Source of the DNA: Abditibacterium sp.
GTDB taxonomy: Bacteria; Armatimonadota; Abditibacteriia; Abditibacteriales; Abditibacteriaceae
DNA: 64,000 nt
Assembly (NCBI GenBank): GCA_965199495.1
Contig: CBDASK010000003.1
Span: 2,784,001-2,848,000 of the forward strand
Reading direction: 5' to 3'
A model generated the notes under the pieces. It saw only the letters and a program-made list of their open reading frames with translations. It had not been told where the DNA came from and ran no database searches. The position numbers were made by a program, and so were the translations under genes. Numbering within the stretch: position 1 is the first letter of the stretch; the number at the start of each line of letters is the position of its first letter. Positions 16,498 to 26,413 of this stretch are shown here, in pieces.

Positions 16498-18633
16498 TCA
16501 CTTCCCCTCCATTTTGCTGCCGGTTTCGTCCCACCATTTCTTCCATTCGGTGCGATTTTTGAAGGTCAGCCCCGTGGTTTTTTCCAGCGCGCTTTGCACC
16601 TCTTCAAACGGAAGCGACGACAACGCGTTCTCGTTTTCGGCCTTAAAAATCACGGGCAACGCGCTTTTCTGCCCGCCGAGCAACAGGCCAGTGGCTGCAC
16701 CGAGCGCGACCTGTTTGTTGTCGGATTGGAGCGCGCTTTCCAGATGCGGGCGCGCGAAGTCTGCGTCGCCATAACCCAGCGCCACGGCGGCGGCAAAGGC
16801 GACATCGTTTTCGACATAAATGCCCTCGCGCAGATTGCGATTGAGCGCGCCATAAACCAATCCCAGCAGAAAATTGCCCGCCGCGATTTTTTGCGGCCCG
16901 TCGATTTGCGCGACGGCTTGGAGGACGGGCGCGTTTTTAGGCGCCCGCGAACTCTCGCCCGTTCCCCATTGCAGCGCGCGCAAAACGTCAACGCGCGCGG
17001 CGGGCGCGATATTTTGGAAGAATTTCCAATCTTCGTCTTCGGGTTTAGGATAGATTTTGCTGCCCAGCGTTTGCAGATTTTTTACGATGTCGAAAAACTG
17101 CGGGCCGACCTGAAAATTATCGAACATCGCGGCGCGCGCAACTTTGATTTCAGCGTCCAAATCAGCGGCGGTGCGGCTTTTCAAATTGGCGGGTTTAACG
17201 TATTCGGGCGCCGTTTTCCACGCTTGCAAAACCTCTTTTTCCTCTTCGGGCGTGGCGACTTTCTCTCCGCTTAAATGCGTGTTACTCTGGTTTTCGGCCA
17301 ACAAATTCAACAGATACGGCGCGTTGATGCCGTTATCCGTGGCGTGTCCGGCTTCGATGCGCGCGGCCAGCAAATCGCCCAAATCACGGTTGCCCTCGCG
17401 CGCTTTGAAAATCGCGTATTCGGCGTTGAGCGATTTTTGTGTGTCGCTCAGAAATCCTTTTTCGATGGCCTCGTTTTCGACCGCCATAACCGCCAACGCC
17501 GCTAACCCGGCGCCGGGCGCCTGATTTTTGTAGATTTTTTCCAGTGTGCTGTTGCGCACGCGCGGATCGGCATCGAAAACCAAGGCGCGCAGTTGCGGCC
17601 CAAAGGCCGTCGCGTCGCGCGCCAGAGCGTTGGCGGCAGCCAAACGCAACGCGCTCCACGGATGAGTCGCCAGCGCGCGCATGGCGGGGATTTCGCTGGC
17701 GCCCTGAAGTTGTGATAACGTCGTCGCCGCCGCCAATGCCTCGCTCCAATTGGGCGAACTCAATCGTCCAATCAACGCTTTTTGCTCGTCGGGCGAGGGC
17801 GGTTTAATTTCGACGCTGATCGAATCTTGCGCTTTGAACAGCGCGACGCCTGTGGCTCGCTCGCGCTCGGCGCGATCTTTGGCGCTACGCGGGTCGGAAC
17901 CCAGAAAATTATCGCTTGAATCGAGCGTCATTTTGATCGTCACTTCGCCTTGAGGAAACGGCCCGCGAATGGTGCGCGTATCGCTCCAAACCTCGCCCGG
18001 TGCGAGCGTGACATAATCGGATTCGGTGCGATTTTGCGAGCCGCCCGTGCCGCCGCCCCGGCCCGTCCCACCATAAATCGCGGTGCTTTGAAGCGCGTAT
18101 TGTCCGGTATAAATGCGCTGCGGTTGGGGCGAAGTGTTGCGCGCTTGCCACTTCAAAATTATCGGATCGTCGGGGCCGTAACTGGGTTTGTCGGTCGAAA
18201 AAGTGACGGTGATTTTCTGGTTTTCGCGCGCCAATTTTTTGACGCGTTCGATCCGTTCGGGCGTGGCATCAAGGCTCGCCAGCAAGACCGGTTGTTGGCG
18301 AATCGGGTCGGTTTTGGCGAACAGAATCGCTATTTTGGAATTAGCGCCAGTGCCGATAGTTTCGCCGGTCGGCACCACCAAACCGCGCCCAATGTCGGAG
18401 AGATCGCCGCGAATGGATTCAAATCCGGTCATGCCCGGTCGCGCGATGCCGGGTGCGCGTCGGTCGGGCGAAAGCCGGCCCACGAAAATCACGTCGGCCT
18501 CGCGCACGAAATCGGGCGTCAGCACCTGCGCTTCATCCGCCATAAAAGTGGCGGGAACAGGCAAAGGTTGCGCGCGCACCAAAGTCGGACAGAGCGTCGC
18601 ACCCAACAGGGCCAGATAAAGCGAGATTTTCAT
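16498..18633 (-). CDS. Secreted hypothetical protein with an Ig-like segment and HEAT-like repeats
   Basis: Signal peptide; TDKPSY..LAPGE segment; DADPRVR and helical repeats; WKKWW C-terminus. Confidence 0.65.
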   Translation of the reverse strand: MKISLYLALLGATLCPTLVRAQPLPVPATFMADEAQVLTPDFVREADVIFVGRLSPDRRAPGIARPGMTGFESIRGDLSDIGRGLVVPTGETIGTGANSKIAILFAKTDPIRQQPVLLASLDATPERIERVKKLARENQKITVTFSTDKPSYGPDDPIILKWQARNTSPQPQRIYTGQYALQSTAIYGGTGRGGGTGGSQNRTESDYVTLAPGEVWSDTRTIRGPFPQGEVTIKMTLDSSDNFLGSDPRSAKDRAERERATGVALFKAQDSISVEIKPPSPDEQKALIGRLSSPNWSEALAAATTLSQLQGASEIPAMRALATHPWSALRLAAANALARDATAFGPQLRALVFDADPRVRNSTLEKIYKNQAPGAGLAALAVMAVENEAIEKGFLSDTQKSLNAEYAIFKAREGNRDLGDLLAARIEAGHATDNGINAPYLLNLLAENQSNTHLSGEKVATPEEEKEVLQAWKTAPEYVKPANLKSRTAADLDAEIKVARAAMFDNFQVGPQFFDIVKNLQTLGSKIYPKPEDEDWKFFQNIAPAARVDVLRALQWGTGESSRAPKNAPVLQAVAQIDGPQKIAAGNFLLGLVYGALNRNLREGIYVENDVAFAAAVALGYGDADFARPHLESALQSDNKQVALGAATGLLLGGQKSALPVIFKAENENALSSLPFEEVQSALEKTTGLTFKNRTEWKKWWDETGSKMEGK

Positions 18634-18649
18634 CACGCCCAAGTATGCT

Positions 18650-19735
18650 CTAAAATTCGCCTTCCAACTTCACTTTCGCCACATGAGGCCGCAGCAAATC
18701 CGCGCGCAACGTATCGCGTTCGACGCCGCTCACGGCGCGACCGTGCAAGACCTGCAAATAGGCCGGGCGCGCCCACACCAAAAGTTCGTTGAAGCGTTGG
18801 CGCGTCATGCCTTTCATCCAACCTAACTCGTGCGCCAAACGTAAATACGACAGACAGTCGGTCGCTTCGCGGCACGAAATGGTGCGCGCGTAACGCAGAA
18901 CGCCATAAGCGCGCCCGCAACGGTCGAGCGTTTGGATTTTAAATTCGCCCGCCAATTCTTCGCGCGCGGCGCGCTCCATTTCGACAAGCTCCGCCGTGGC
19001 TGCTGCGGTTTCGAGCAGAATTTCGGCTTCGTCAATTCCCATGCTGGTTTGATTCGACAGTTGGTGCAGATGTCCCCAAATTTTCGAGCCTTCGCCAAAA
19101 GTGCCGCGCAGTTCAAAGCCGCGCGTCTGCGCCCAGCGCCGCGCTTTGTCGCCGCGCCCAGCGATTTCCAAACCCGGCAAATGCAGCATCGCCGACGCCC
19201 GCAAACCAGTTCCGGCGTTGGTCGGGCACGCGGTCAGATAGCCGAACTGTTCATCGAAAGCGACCGAACTTCCTTCCTCAAATTCGGCTTCGAGTGCGTC
19301 ATCGAGTTTGTTGGCGAGCGTGAACGCCGCGTCTAACTGCAAGCCGGGCAAAAGCGTTTGCACGCGCCAGTGGTCTTCTTCGTTGATAATCAGCGCCAGC
19401 GACAGGTCGGGCGTAGCAGCCACGGCGCGACCCAACTCGTGGCGAACGTGTTCGCGCGACGACAAATGGCGATCAATCAAACTCTGGCGCTCCCACGGCG
19501 TGTAATTCTCGAAAGGCACCAACAGCAGCGCGTCGGGCGTTGGTGCATCGGCTTTTGCCAGAGCCTCGAACACGCGTTTGCGGACGGCCAAAAGTTCCTG
19601 CGCGCCCGCGTGATGCGGAAACTGAAAGCGCCGAAAGTTGCGCGCCAAGCGCACGCGCGAAGACAACACGATGTCGCCATCGTGCCCGCCGCGCCGCATC
19701 CAGCGCGCGGTTTTCTCGAAGTTAGTTAGGAGCAT
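18650..19735 (-). CDS. mcsB: Protein arginine kinase (ATP:guanido phosphotransferase)
   Basis: SSRVRLARN, INEEDH, GYLTACPTNAGTGLRAS.MLHLP, QLSNQT. Confidence 0.9.
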   Translation of the reverse strand: MLLTNFEKTARWMRRGGHDGDIVLSSRVRLARNFRRFQFPHHAGAQELLAVRKRVFEALAKADAPTPDALLLVPFENYTPWERQSLIDRHLSSREHVRHELGRAVAATPDLSLALIINEEDHWRVQTLLPGLQLDAAFTLANKLDDALEAEFEEGSSVAFDEQFGYLTACPTNAGTGLRASAMLHLPGLEIAGRGDKARRWAQTRGFELRGTFGEGSKIWGHLHQLSNQTSMGIDEAEILLETAAATAELVEMERAAREELAGEFKIQTLDRCGRAYGVLRYARTISCREATDCLSYLRLAHELGWMKGMTRQRFNELLVWARPAYLQVLHGRAVSGVERDTLRADLLRPHVAKVKLEGEF

Positions 19736-19753
19736 GGGGAGACGAAAAACGCA

Positions 19754-20365
19754 TTACCCGCTAACGATAGTCGAAGTCACGATTTTGATTTTGTCGCGCA
19801 AACGCGCGGCTTCTTCGTATTTCTCGGTTTGAATCGCGTGTTGCAAGCGCGCCTGCAACACGACCAATTGGTTATCGCGCCGCTTGCGCAAATGTTGCAA
19901 GCGATGATGACGTTTTTCAAGGGTGCGCGGCGTTTTGCCGGTGTGATTTTCGCCGCGCTGCACGCGCGCCATTACGCCGCCGAGTTGCTCGCGAAATTCC
20001 AGATAACAGGCCGCGCATCCGGTGCGACCGTCCTGCCGAATTTTGTCCCAGGTCGTGCCGCAACCCGGACAACGCGCGTTGCCGCCGGGCGCGATGTCGA
20101 GCGGAATCTCGAACGGATCGTCGTCATCGAACGGGTCGCCATCGAGCGAACTTTGCGCGAAATCGTCGTCGCCAGTCGGTTCGTCCTCATCCAAATCGGC
20201 CAGAGTCTCGCCATTGTCGCCCCGTGGCTCATCGAAAGCGGCGAACGGCAACGGCAGTTCGCTGTCCTCGAATGGATCGTCGCCTTCCCATTCGCCCGCG
20301 CTCTCGAACGGGTTTTCGTCATCGTCGTTGTTGTCGTCAAAGGGACGATTGGTTTCGTGGCTCAT
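19754..20365 (-). CDS. mcsA: McsA-like activator with UvrB/UvrC motif and acidic N-terminus
   Basis: CPGCG...GRTGCAACY, HTGKTP, EKYEEAARLRDKI; directly upstream of mcsB. Confidence 0.8.
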   Translation of the reverse strand: MSHETNRPFDDNNDDDENPFESAGEWEGDDPFEDSELPLPFAAFDEPRGDNGETLADLDEDEPTGDDDFAQSSLDGDPFDDDDPFEIPLDIAPGGNARCPGCGTTWDKIRQDGRTGCAACYLEFREQLGGVMARVQRGENHTGKTPRTLEKRHHRLQHLRKRRDNQLVVLQARLQHAIQTEKYEEAARLRDKIKIVTSTIVSG

Positions 20366-20375
20366 AATTGAATCT

Positions 20376-20507
20376 TTTTTAGCCACAGAGTTCACGGAGA
20401 ACACCCAGAAAAACACAGAAGGAATGAAGAAAATGTCATTCGGTTTTAAGTGTCTTCGTTCTCTCTGTGTTTTTCTGGGTGTTCTCTGTGAACTCTGTGG
20501 CTAAAAA
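20376..20507. repeat. Long inverted repeat, family C
   Basis: TTTTTAGCCACAGAGTTCACGGAGAACACCCAGAAAAACACAGA ... TCTGTGTTTTTCTGGGTGTTCTCTGTGAACTCTGTGGCTAAAAA. Confidence 0.9.
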
Positions 20508-21404
20508 TTAAAAGACCGGATCGCCTTCGCTGTTGGTGATTTCCTTATAAGCTGCCATCAACTGCGTGGTAATCGGGCCGGGTTTGCCGTCGCCGATTTC
20601 GCGCATATCGAGTTTGGTGACGGGCACGACTTCGGCGGCGGTGCCGGTCAAAAACGCTTCGTCGGCGGCGTAAATATCGAACAAAGCCAAATCTTTTTCG
20701 ACGACACGAATGCCCAGTTTTTCGCCCAATTGCATCACGGCGTCGCGCGTGATGCCTTCCAAAACGCCCGCCGAAATCGGCGGCGTGCGCAGTTCGCCGC
20801 GCCCGTTGAAATCTTTGATGTAAACGAAAATGTTATCCGCCGAACACTCGGCGACCAAACCGCGCGAGTTGAGCATGATACATTCGGGCACGCCCGCACG
20901 AATGCTCTCGATTTTCGCCAGAATATTGTTCAAATAATTGAGCGATTTAATCGCCGGATTCAGCACGTCGGGTTGCGAGCGGCGCGTGGCCACAGTGATA
21001 CATTCCATACCATTTTCATAAATTTCGGGCGGATACAATTTAATGGTGTCGGCGATAATGACCGTCGTCGGCTTGGGACATTTGCGCGGATCGAGACCTA
21101 AATCGCCCGGCCCGCGACTGAAAATCGCGCGAATGTAACCGTTTTCGAGTTGGTTAGCGGCCACGGTTTCTTCGATGGCCGATTTCATTTCGGCGACCGA
21201 GTAAGGCGGCGTCAGCCAAATCGCTTTGGCGCTGCGATAAAGCCGCGTCAAGTGCGCGTCCAAACGAAAAATGCGGCGATTATAAATGCGAATGCCCTCG
21301 AAGACGCCGTCGCCATACAAAAAGCCGTGATCGTAAACCGACACTTTCGCTTCCGAGGCGGGCACCAACTGGCCGTCGAGATGAATTTGAATTTCCGAGT
21401 TCAT
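20508..21404 (-). CDS. ilvE: Branched-chain amino acid aminotransferase
   Basis: DHGFLYGDGVFEGIR, IKSLNYLNN, LEGITR, EAFLTGTAAEV. Confidence 0.95.
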   Translation of the reverse strand: MNSEIQIHLDGQLVPASEAKVSVYDHGFLYGDGVFEGIRIYNRRIFRLDAHLTRLYRSAKAIWLTPPYSVAEMKSAIEETVAANQLENGYIRAIFSRGPGDLGLDPRKCPKPTTVIIADTIKLYPPEIYENGMECITVATRRSQPDVLNPAIKSLNYLNNILAKIESIRAGVPECIMLNSRGLVAECSADNIFVYIKDFNGRGELRTPPISAGVLEGITRDAVMQLGEKLGIRVVEKDLALFDIYAADEAFLTGTAAEVVPVTKLDMREIGDGKPGPITTQLMAAYKEITNSEGDPVF

Positions 21405-21434
21405 GCGGGGGCAAGTCTAAATGGAAAAGTGGGA

Positions 21435-21594
21435 ATTAGCCACAGAGTTCGCAGAGAACACACAGAAGGGCACAGAGCAGGACAAGGAAATTTAAAAGGA
21501 AAAGAACTATTTTTAATAGTTTTACCTCTACGGATTAATTTCTTCGTCCTGCTCTGTGCCCTTCTGTGTGTTCTCTGCGAACTCTGTGGCTAAT
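21435..21594. repeat. Long inverted repeat, family C
   Basis: ATTAGCCACAGAGTTCGCAGAGAACACACAGAAGGGCACAGAGCAGGAC ... reverse complement ending GTGGCTAAT. Confidence 0.9.
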
Positions 21595-22213
21595 CGAATT
21601 GTAAATCTTTGACGCCCGCGCTTTCCAGCTGTTTGCGCACGGCGTCTTTGGCGTTTTCGTCGGCGCGCTCCAAAATGCCGCCTTGCAATGCGGCTTCGCG
21701 CAAACGGTCTTCGGCGGTGACGCGCGCTTGCGTTTCTAAATCAATATCGGGTTTGGAAAAGAAACCGGTCTGGCGCTCGGCGACTTCGCTGGTTTTGTTG
21801 TCCAATCGCGTGTGAAACAGTTCGGCCTTGGGCAAATGGACGTGAACTTTATCGCCGTCAACGCGCACATCGCCGTCTTTCATCTTGGCTAAGTCAACAC
21901 CAGCCACGACCTCGCCGTGCGCCACGAAGAGCAGCGAATCGCCCGCAATCGAGACCGGCAAAACGCCCTTGGTTTCGCTTTTAACAATCGCCTGTTCGTT
22001 GAACCTTGCGGTTTCGAGGCGCGCCAACTTCTGCATTTGCAGCAAAACGACCGGGCCGGACGGCGTGGCTGTGGAATTGAAGCCCAAGGGATTGCTCAAA
22101 AAGTCGCGCACATTCTGGCCGCGCGAGAAAATGCCCGCCAGCAATAGGGCGAAACACAAAACGGTGACGCCCGAAAACAGCCTGCCAATATCACGAAATT
22201 TGAACTTTAACAT
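21590..22213 (-). CDS. DUF4230-like membrane-anchored protein
   Basis: N-terminal TM; GEVVAGVDL, LP, GILERADENA pattern. Confidence 0.75.
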   Translation of the reverse strand: MLKFKFRDIGRLFSGVTVLCFALLLAGIFSRGQNVRDFLSNPLGFNSTATPSGPVVLLQMQKLARLETARFNEQAIVKSETKGVLPVSIAGDSLLFVAHGEVVAGVDLAKMKDGDVRVDGDKVHVHLPKAELFHTRLDNKTSEVAERQTGFFSKPDIDLETQARVTAEDRLREAALQGGILERADENAKDAVRKQLESAGVKDLQFD

Positions 22214-22303
22214 AGATGCGCGCAGAGACGATTGAAAACACGCATCGTTCCGGCGGCGCGACCCAAAGCGTGAAGTGTTGGTATTTGGCCGACTGCTTTA
22301 AAC

Positions 22304-23251
22304 TTGAGCGCGTTCATGCCAGTTCCTTCGTCTTCCGCTTTTGCCCGCGCCGCCGTGGCCACGTTCGTGCCGTTTGGCGGCCCCACTCTCGTCACGCACG
22401 TTCGCAACCATCGCGCGCTCGACCGAAAATTGCCCGCGTTGGCGCAATTAACCAAAGACGACCGAATTTTGGTGATCGCGCCGCATCCCGACGACGAAAT
22501 TTTGTGTTGCGCTGGCTTGCTCAAACGCGCGTCAGAGCGCGGCATCGCGGCTAAAGTCGCGTTCGTCACCAACGGCGATGGTTCGCGCACCGGCCAGATT
22601 TTCAAGGCCGCGCGCCATCCGTGGGCGCGCGATAACGATTTGTTTTCCATCGCGCAACTGCGCCAAATCGAAGCCCTCGAAGCCATCAGCCACGTCGGCA
22701 TCGGCGAAGACGACGCGCACTTTTTCGGTTTTCCCGACGGCGGCCTAACCGCCATTACGCAAATGCGCGACGACGAGATTTATTGGGCGCCCACGACGCG
22801 GCGCAATCACGTCGCCTATCCGCGCGCCTACCAGCGCGGCGCGCGCTATCAACGCGAAGTTTTGCTCGATTTGGCGACGCAACTCATTCGCGAATTCGCG
22901 CCGACTTTAATTGTGACCGGCCATCATTTGGACACGCATCCCGATCACGCCGCGACCTATCCGCTCGCCGTGGCTGCTATCGAGGACGCGAAATTAAAAT
23001 CGCCGCCGCGCGTCGGGCAAACTCTGGTGCATTACGGAATTTGGCCCGTTCCCAACGGTTTGCACGCCGATAAAAACATCGCGCCGCCCGCCGCGCTTGC
23101 CAAACGCGATTGGCACACTTTGGCGCTCGCTGATGACGAAATCGCCGCCAAAGGAGCGGCGCTCGAATGTTACCAATCGCAGTTGGTTTCCCTCCCGCGC
23201 TATCTGCGCGCGTTCGTGCGTCGCAACGAAATTTTTGAAATGAGTTCCTAA
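22304..23251 (+). CDS. PIG-L/LmbE family deacetylase
   Basis: APHPDDE, TNGD, GFPDG, DTHPDH, YQSQ; start codon uncertain. Confidence 0.9.
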   Translation: MSAFMPVPSSSAFARAAVATFVPFGGPTLVTHVRNHRALDRKLPALAQLTKDDRILVIAPHPDDEILCCAGLLKRASERGIAAKVAFVTNGDGSRTGQIFKAARHPWARDNDLFSIAQLRQIEALEAISHVGIGEDDAHFFGFPDGGLTAITQMRDDEIYWAPTTRRNHVAYPRAYQRGARYQREVLLDLATQLIREFAPTLIVTGHHLDTHPDHAATYPLAVAAIEDAKLKSPPRVGQTLVHYGIWPVPNGLHADKNIAPPAALAKRDWHTLALADDEIAAKGAALECYQSQLVSLPRYLRAFVRRNEIFEMSS

Positions 23252-23271
23252 TTCGGGCTGTTTCCTCACTT

Positions 23272-24315
23272 ATGAAATTCTTTTCCGTCGTTTTGCTCGC
23301 GCCCGCGCTACTTTTGTCGCCCGCTTTCGCTCATGACCAAACCGCGCCTTTACCGAAAACTCACGTCGCCGAAGATGCGTTTGTCTGGCGATTCGCGCCG
23401 CCGGTCGGTTCGCGCTGGCAGATGCGTTGGTTCAGACGAACCGTCGCCGTTGTCGAAACGCCTTCGGTTCAAGTCGAGTTCGATAGCGCGGCTCGGAAGT
23501 CTCAGCGCAAGCCGGGCAAGCCATTCGTCACCAAATCTACGCATATCCAGCGTTTCACCGCCGACTACGATGTGCTGGATCGCGATGCTCTGGGCGCCAC
23601 CACGATTCGCCTGACTTATCGTTCTATGGCCGACGATGTGAAGTCCGCAACCGAGGGCATGGGCCAAACGCCAGATTCGAGTCGGGGCGCGAACTCCAGG
23701 CCGATTGACGGCGCGACTCTCACTTTCAAACAGGCGCCCGATGGCACGATTTGGAGCGTTTTGGGCGCGCGCGCTTTTCAGCGCCGCATGCTGGAATGGG
23801 GCGGCAATTTGAACAAAACCGTGATCGATAATTTGTTGAAAGTTGACGACGCCATTTTGAACGCCGAATCGATGAAATTGGTTAATTCCTTATTGGTCAG
23901 GTTGCCTGCGTCCCCGGTGCGCGTGGGCGAGAGTTGGGCTGCTACAATGGATTTATCCGATGCTTTGCCACGCCCAATTACGCTGATCGGGACGCGCACG
24001 CTCAAGTCGCTTTCGTCCGATGTTGCTCTTGTCGCCGACAGCGCGATTGTTGATGTGGACAAATTGCAGGGGCAAATTCCTGTTGTGCCGGGCAAAGGCC
24101 AAATGCAATTCGGTTACAACGATATCTCAGGCTCAATCTCTGGCACCGCGCGCGTTGCGCGTGCGAGCGGTTTGCCGCTCGAAAGGCAACTCGATCAGCA
24201 GTTCAAAGGCTTCATTTCGACGCCGCTTAGCGATGGCGCGGGCAAGATCATTTACGTCTCCACCGTGCGCGCCGATGTTCAGACTTCAACGCGCATCGTG
24301 CTGGCGCCACGATAA
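23272..24315 (+). CDS. Secreted hypothetical protein
   Basis: Signal peptide; LPASPVRVGESW beta-rich motif. Confidence 0.6.
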   Translation: MKFFSVVLLAPALLLSPAFAHDQTAPLPKTHVAEDAFVWRFAPPVGSRWQMRWFRRTVAVVETPSVQVEFDSAARKSQRKPGKPFVTKSTHIQRFTADYDVLDRDALGATTIRLTYRSMADDVKSATEGMGQTPDSSRGANSRPIDGATLTFKQAPDGTIWSVLGARAFQRRMLEWGGNLNKTVIDNLLKVDDAILNAESMKLVNSLLVRLPASPVRVGESWAATMDLSDALPRPITLIGTRTLKSLSSDVALVADSAIVDVDKLQGQIPVVPGKGQMQFGYNDISGSISGTARVARASGLPLERQLDQQFKGFISTPLSDGAGKIIYVSTVRADVQTSTRIVLAPR

Positions 24316-24479
24316 ATTTTGCGCGTCCCGGATTTCTTGAAATGGGAATCGTTGCACACTTCGGCACCGAAACGTATTGCCACTCGCGAAAACCACACTA
24401 TCATTTTTGCTCGCGCCCACGCTTCAGCCGATGCCTGGTAAGCCTAAAAGCGCATGATACGATGTTTTTCCGTAAGTTT

Positions 24480-25184
24480 TTACTTCAAACCCGCGACGAA
24501 CTCACGAATCAAACGCGCGATTTCTTCCGGTTTTTCCTGCGGCATCAAATGCCCGGCGCCCGCGATTTCTTCCAATCGCGCCCCCGCAATCTTTTCGACA
24601 AGCGCGCTGCGCAGAAAGCTGGCCGACATCCCTTCATCGCGCTCGCCCGCGATAATTAAGAGCGGCACTTGAACATCGGGAATGCGCGCCGAAATATCTT
24701 CGCGCGTGCCGATTTCGATCCAATTCGTCCAATCGCGCTCCGCATAGGCCAGATTGGCGGCGATGGCGATGTCCCACATTGCGCTCGATAATTCGCTGCC
24801 CGCCGCGCCGTTGACGATGCGCTCGGCGGCTTCGCGCGTGCCGTGGCCGTCCAACATATTGGAGCGGTCTTCGTCACTCATCGGTTCGGGCGAGGGCGGC
24901 GACGGCGCGATGAGAACGCAGCCGCGCAAATTACGTGGCGCGCGCGCCGCGATTTCAAACGCGATTTTGCCGCCCATCGAATGACCAACCAAAACGAACG
25001 GTTCGCTTTGTTCGCCGACGATTTGCAAAACATCGGTCGCCGCCTGTTCCACGCTGTAACCATCGGGCAAGCGCCCGACTGCGCGCAAATCGGGCGCTTG
25101 CATTGCATAACCGTCGAGTCGAGCAGCCACGGCGTCCCACGAGCGCGGGCCGCCGCCGAAATAATGCAGAAAAATAAGGTTCAT
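24480..25184 (-). CDS. Alpha/beta fold hydrolase
   Basis: FLHYFGG, GHSMGG nucleophile elbow, GERD, AGHL. Confidence 0.9.
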   Translation of the reverse strand: MNLIFLHYFGGGPRSWDAVAARLDGYAMQAPDLRAVGRLPDGYSVEQAATDVLQIVGEQSEPFVLVGHSMGGKIAFEIAARAPRNLRGCVLIAPSPPSPEPMSDEDRSNMLDGHGTREAAERIVNGAAGSELSSAMWDIAIAANLAYAERDWTNWIEIGTREDISARIPDVQVPLLIIAGERDEGMSASFLRSALVEKIAGARLEEIAGAGHLMPQEKPEEIARLIREFVAGLK

Positions 25185-25204
25185 CGCGAGTTAAGGATAG
25201 GCGA

Positions 25205-25330
25205 ATTCTTTTATCCTTTGTCTGGTCAATTACCCCTCAGACAAGCTGAGGGGCTTGTCCCTAAACCCATCGGGTCTGAGACACTAGGCCAATTGACTGT
25301 GGCCCTTTGGTTTTCGCTTTTAGAAGCGAT
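25205..25330 (-). ncRNA. Putative TnpB omega/reRNA overlapping the tnpB 3' end and element end
   Basis: Minus strand GTCAA ... CAAGCCCCTCAGCTTGTCTGAGGGGTAATTGAC end structure; boundaries inferred from family behaviour. Confidence 0.55.
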
Positions 25331-26371
25331 ATTTTTTGATGCGTTGGCGTCGGCATTGTCCGAGTGCCCGCAAACGAGACACCTAAAATGCTTTTGACTT
25401 TTCCGATTCGCCTTTTCGCAATGCCCACATTCGGCGCACGTTCGGCTCGTATTGCGTGGGTCAATCACAACTATTTCAACGCCTTCTTTGCAAGCCTTGT
25501 AAGTGACAAATCCACGTAATTGAGCGAACGCCCAATTACCCATCTGCCAACGCATCTCTTTGTTAAAACCGTTCCCTCGCTCTCTGATACCTTTAAGGTT
25601 TTCAAGTCCGAGTGCCTTCTGAGATGCTTTAGCGTCTTTAACCAATTCCTTGCTAATGCAATGATTACGGTCACGCACAAAACGCTCTTGGCGCTTTGCC
25701 GCTTTCTTCAAGCGCCGCTTGGCGCTTTTCGTCCCGCACTTTTGCAAGCGCCGCCGATGTTCGCGCAACTTCCGACGAAGGTTTTTGACCGATTCGCCAG
25801 AATAGCTTTTGCCTTCACTGGTTACGCAGATTTCAACGATTCCGAAGTCGCAACCGATAACGCCGCCTTTAGAATCCGTTGGCGGTTCTTCTACGTTACA
25901 CGTTGCCAGCAAAAACCATTTGCCTTTGATAAGACACAAATCGCTTTCACCCTGACGGGTTTGAAGCAACGCCTTTTGAGGCTCACCGCAAACAAACGGG
26001 ATTTTGACACGCCCGCTTTTTTCTCCCAAAAGCCAGATATTGACTTCGCCTTTTTCAAGAGAGTAAGTCAAAATTCTGTCGTCATAGGAGATAGCGCCGT
26101 GAGGCTTAAACGTGCGTTGCTTTTTCCTGTCAAGTTTGTAGGCGTCAACCACCTTGGCGATGCACCGCACCGTAACTTGAGCCGAAAGTTCAAAGCGCTC
26201 TTTTACTTCTGCATAGACCAAATGATGCAAATTGAACTGCCCAAAAACTTGCCGCTCCCATGCCACTTGCGAAATATAATCGCAAGCAGAATTGGCGCGT
26301 TCCAACGTCGCCAACAGCGCCGCTTTTTGGAGCGGCGTCGGCTTGAGTTGAATCTGGGCAATCAATTTCAC
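25226..26371 (-). CDS. tnpB: RNA-guided endonuclease TnpB
   Basis: RuvC-I GCDFG, RuvC-II LENL, TSRTCAECG / CLVCG zinc finger, RuvC-III NADANASKNI. Confidence 0.92.
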   Translation of the reverse strand: MKLIAQIQLKPTPLQKAALLATLERANSACDYISQVAWERQVFGQFNLHHLVYAEVKERFELSAQVTVRCIAKVVDAYKLDRKKQRTFKPHGAISYDDRILTYSLEKGEVNIWLLGEKSGRVKIPFVCGEPQKALLQTRQGESDLCLIKGKWFLLATCNVEEPPTDSKGGVIGCDFGIVEICVTSEGKSYSGESVKNLRRKLREHRRRLQKCGTKSAKRRLKKAAKRQERFVRDRNHCISKELVKDAKASQKALGLENLKGIRERGNGFNKEMRWQMGNWAFAQLRGFVTYKACKEGVEIVVIDPRNTSRTCAECGHCEKANRKSQKHFRCLVCGHSDNADANASKNIASKSENQRATVNWPSVSDPMGLGTSPSACLRGN

Positions 26372-26413
26372 GCTTTCTATTATAGAATATCTGATAAACT
26401 GTTGTCAACCCCA

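Noticed and set aside
25218..25244. 7-bp complementarity (TTGTCTG/CAGACAA) between the predicted guide start and the end hairpin
   Set aside because: Short enough to be chance; noted only as a caveat on the exact element boundary
25520..26413. 377-aa ORF suggesting a long N-terminally extended TnpA
   Set aside because: The upstream part is simply antisense to tnpB; TnpA similarity begins at ATG 26414
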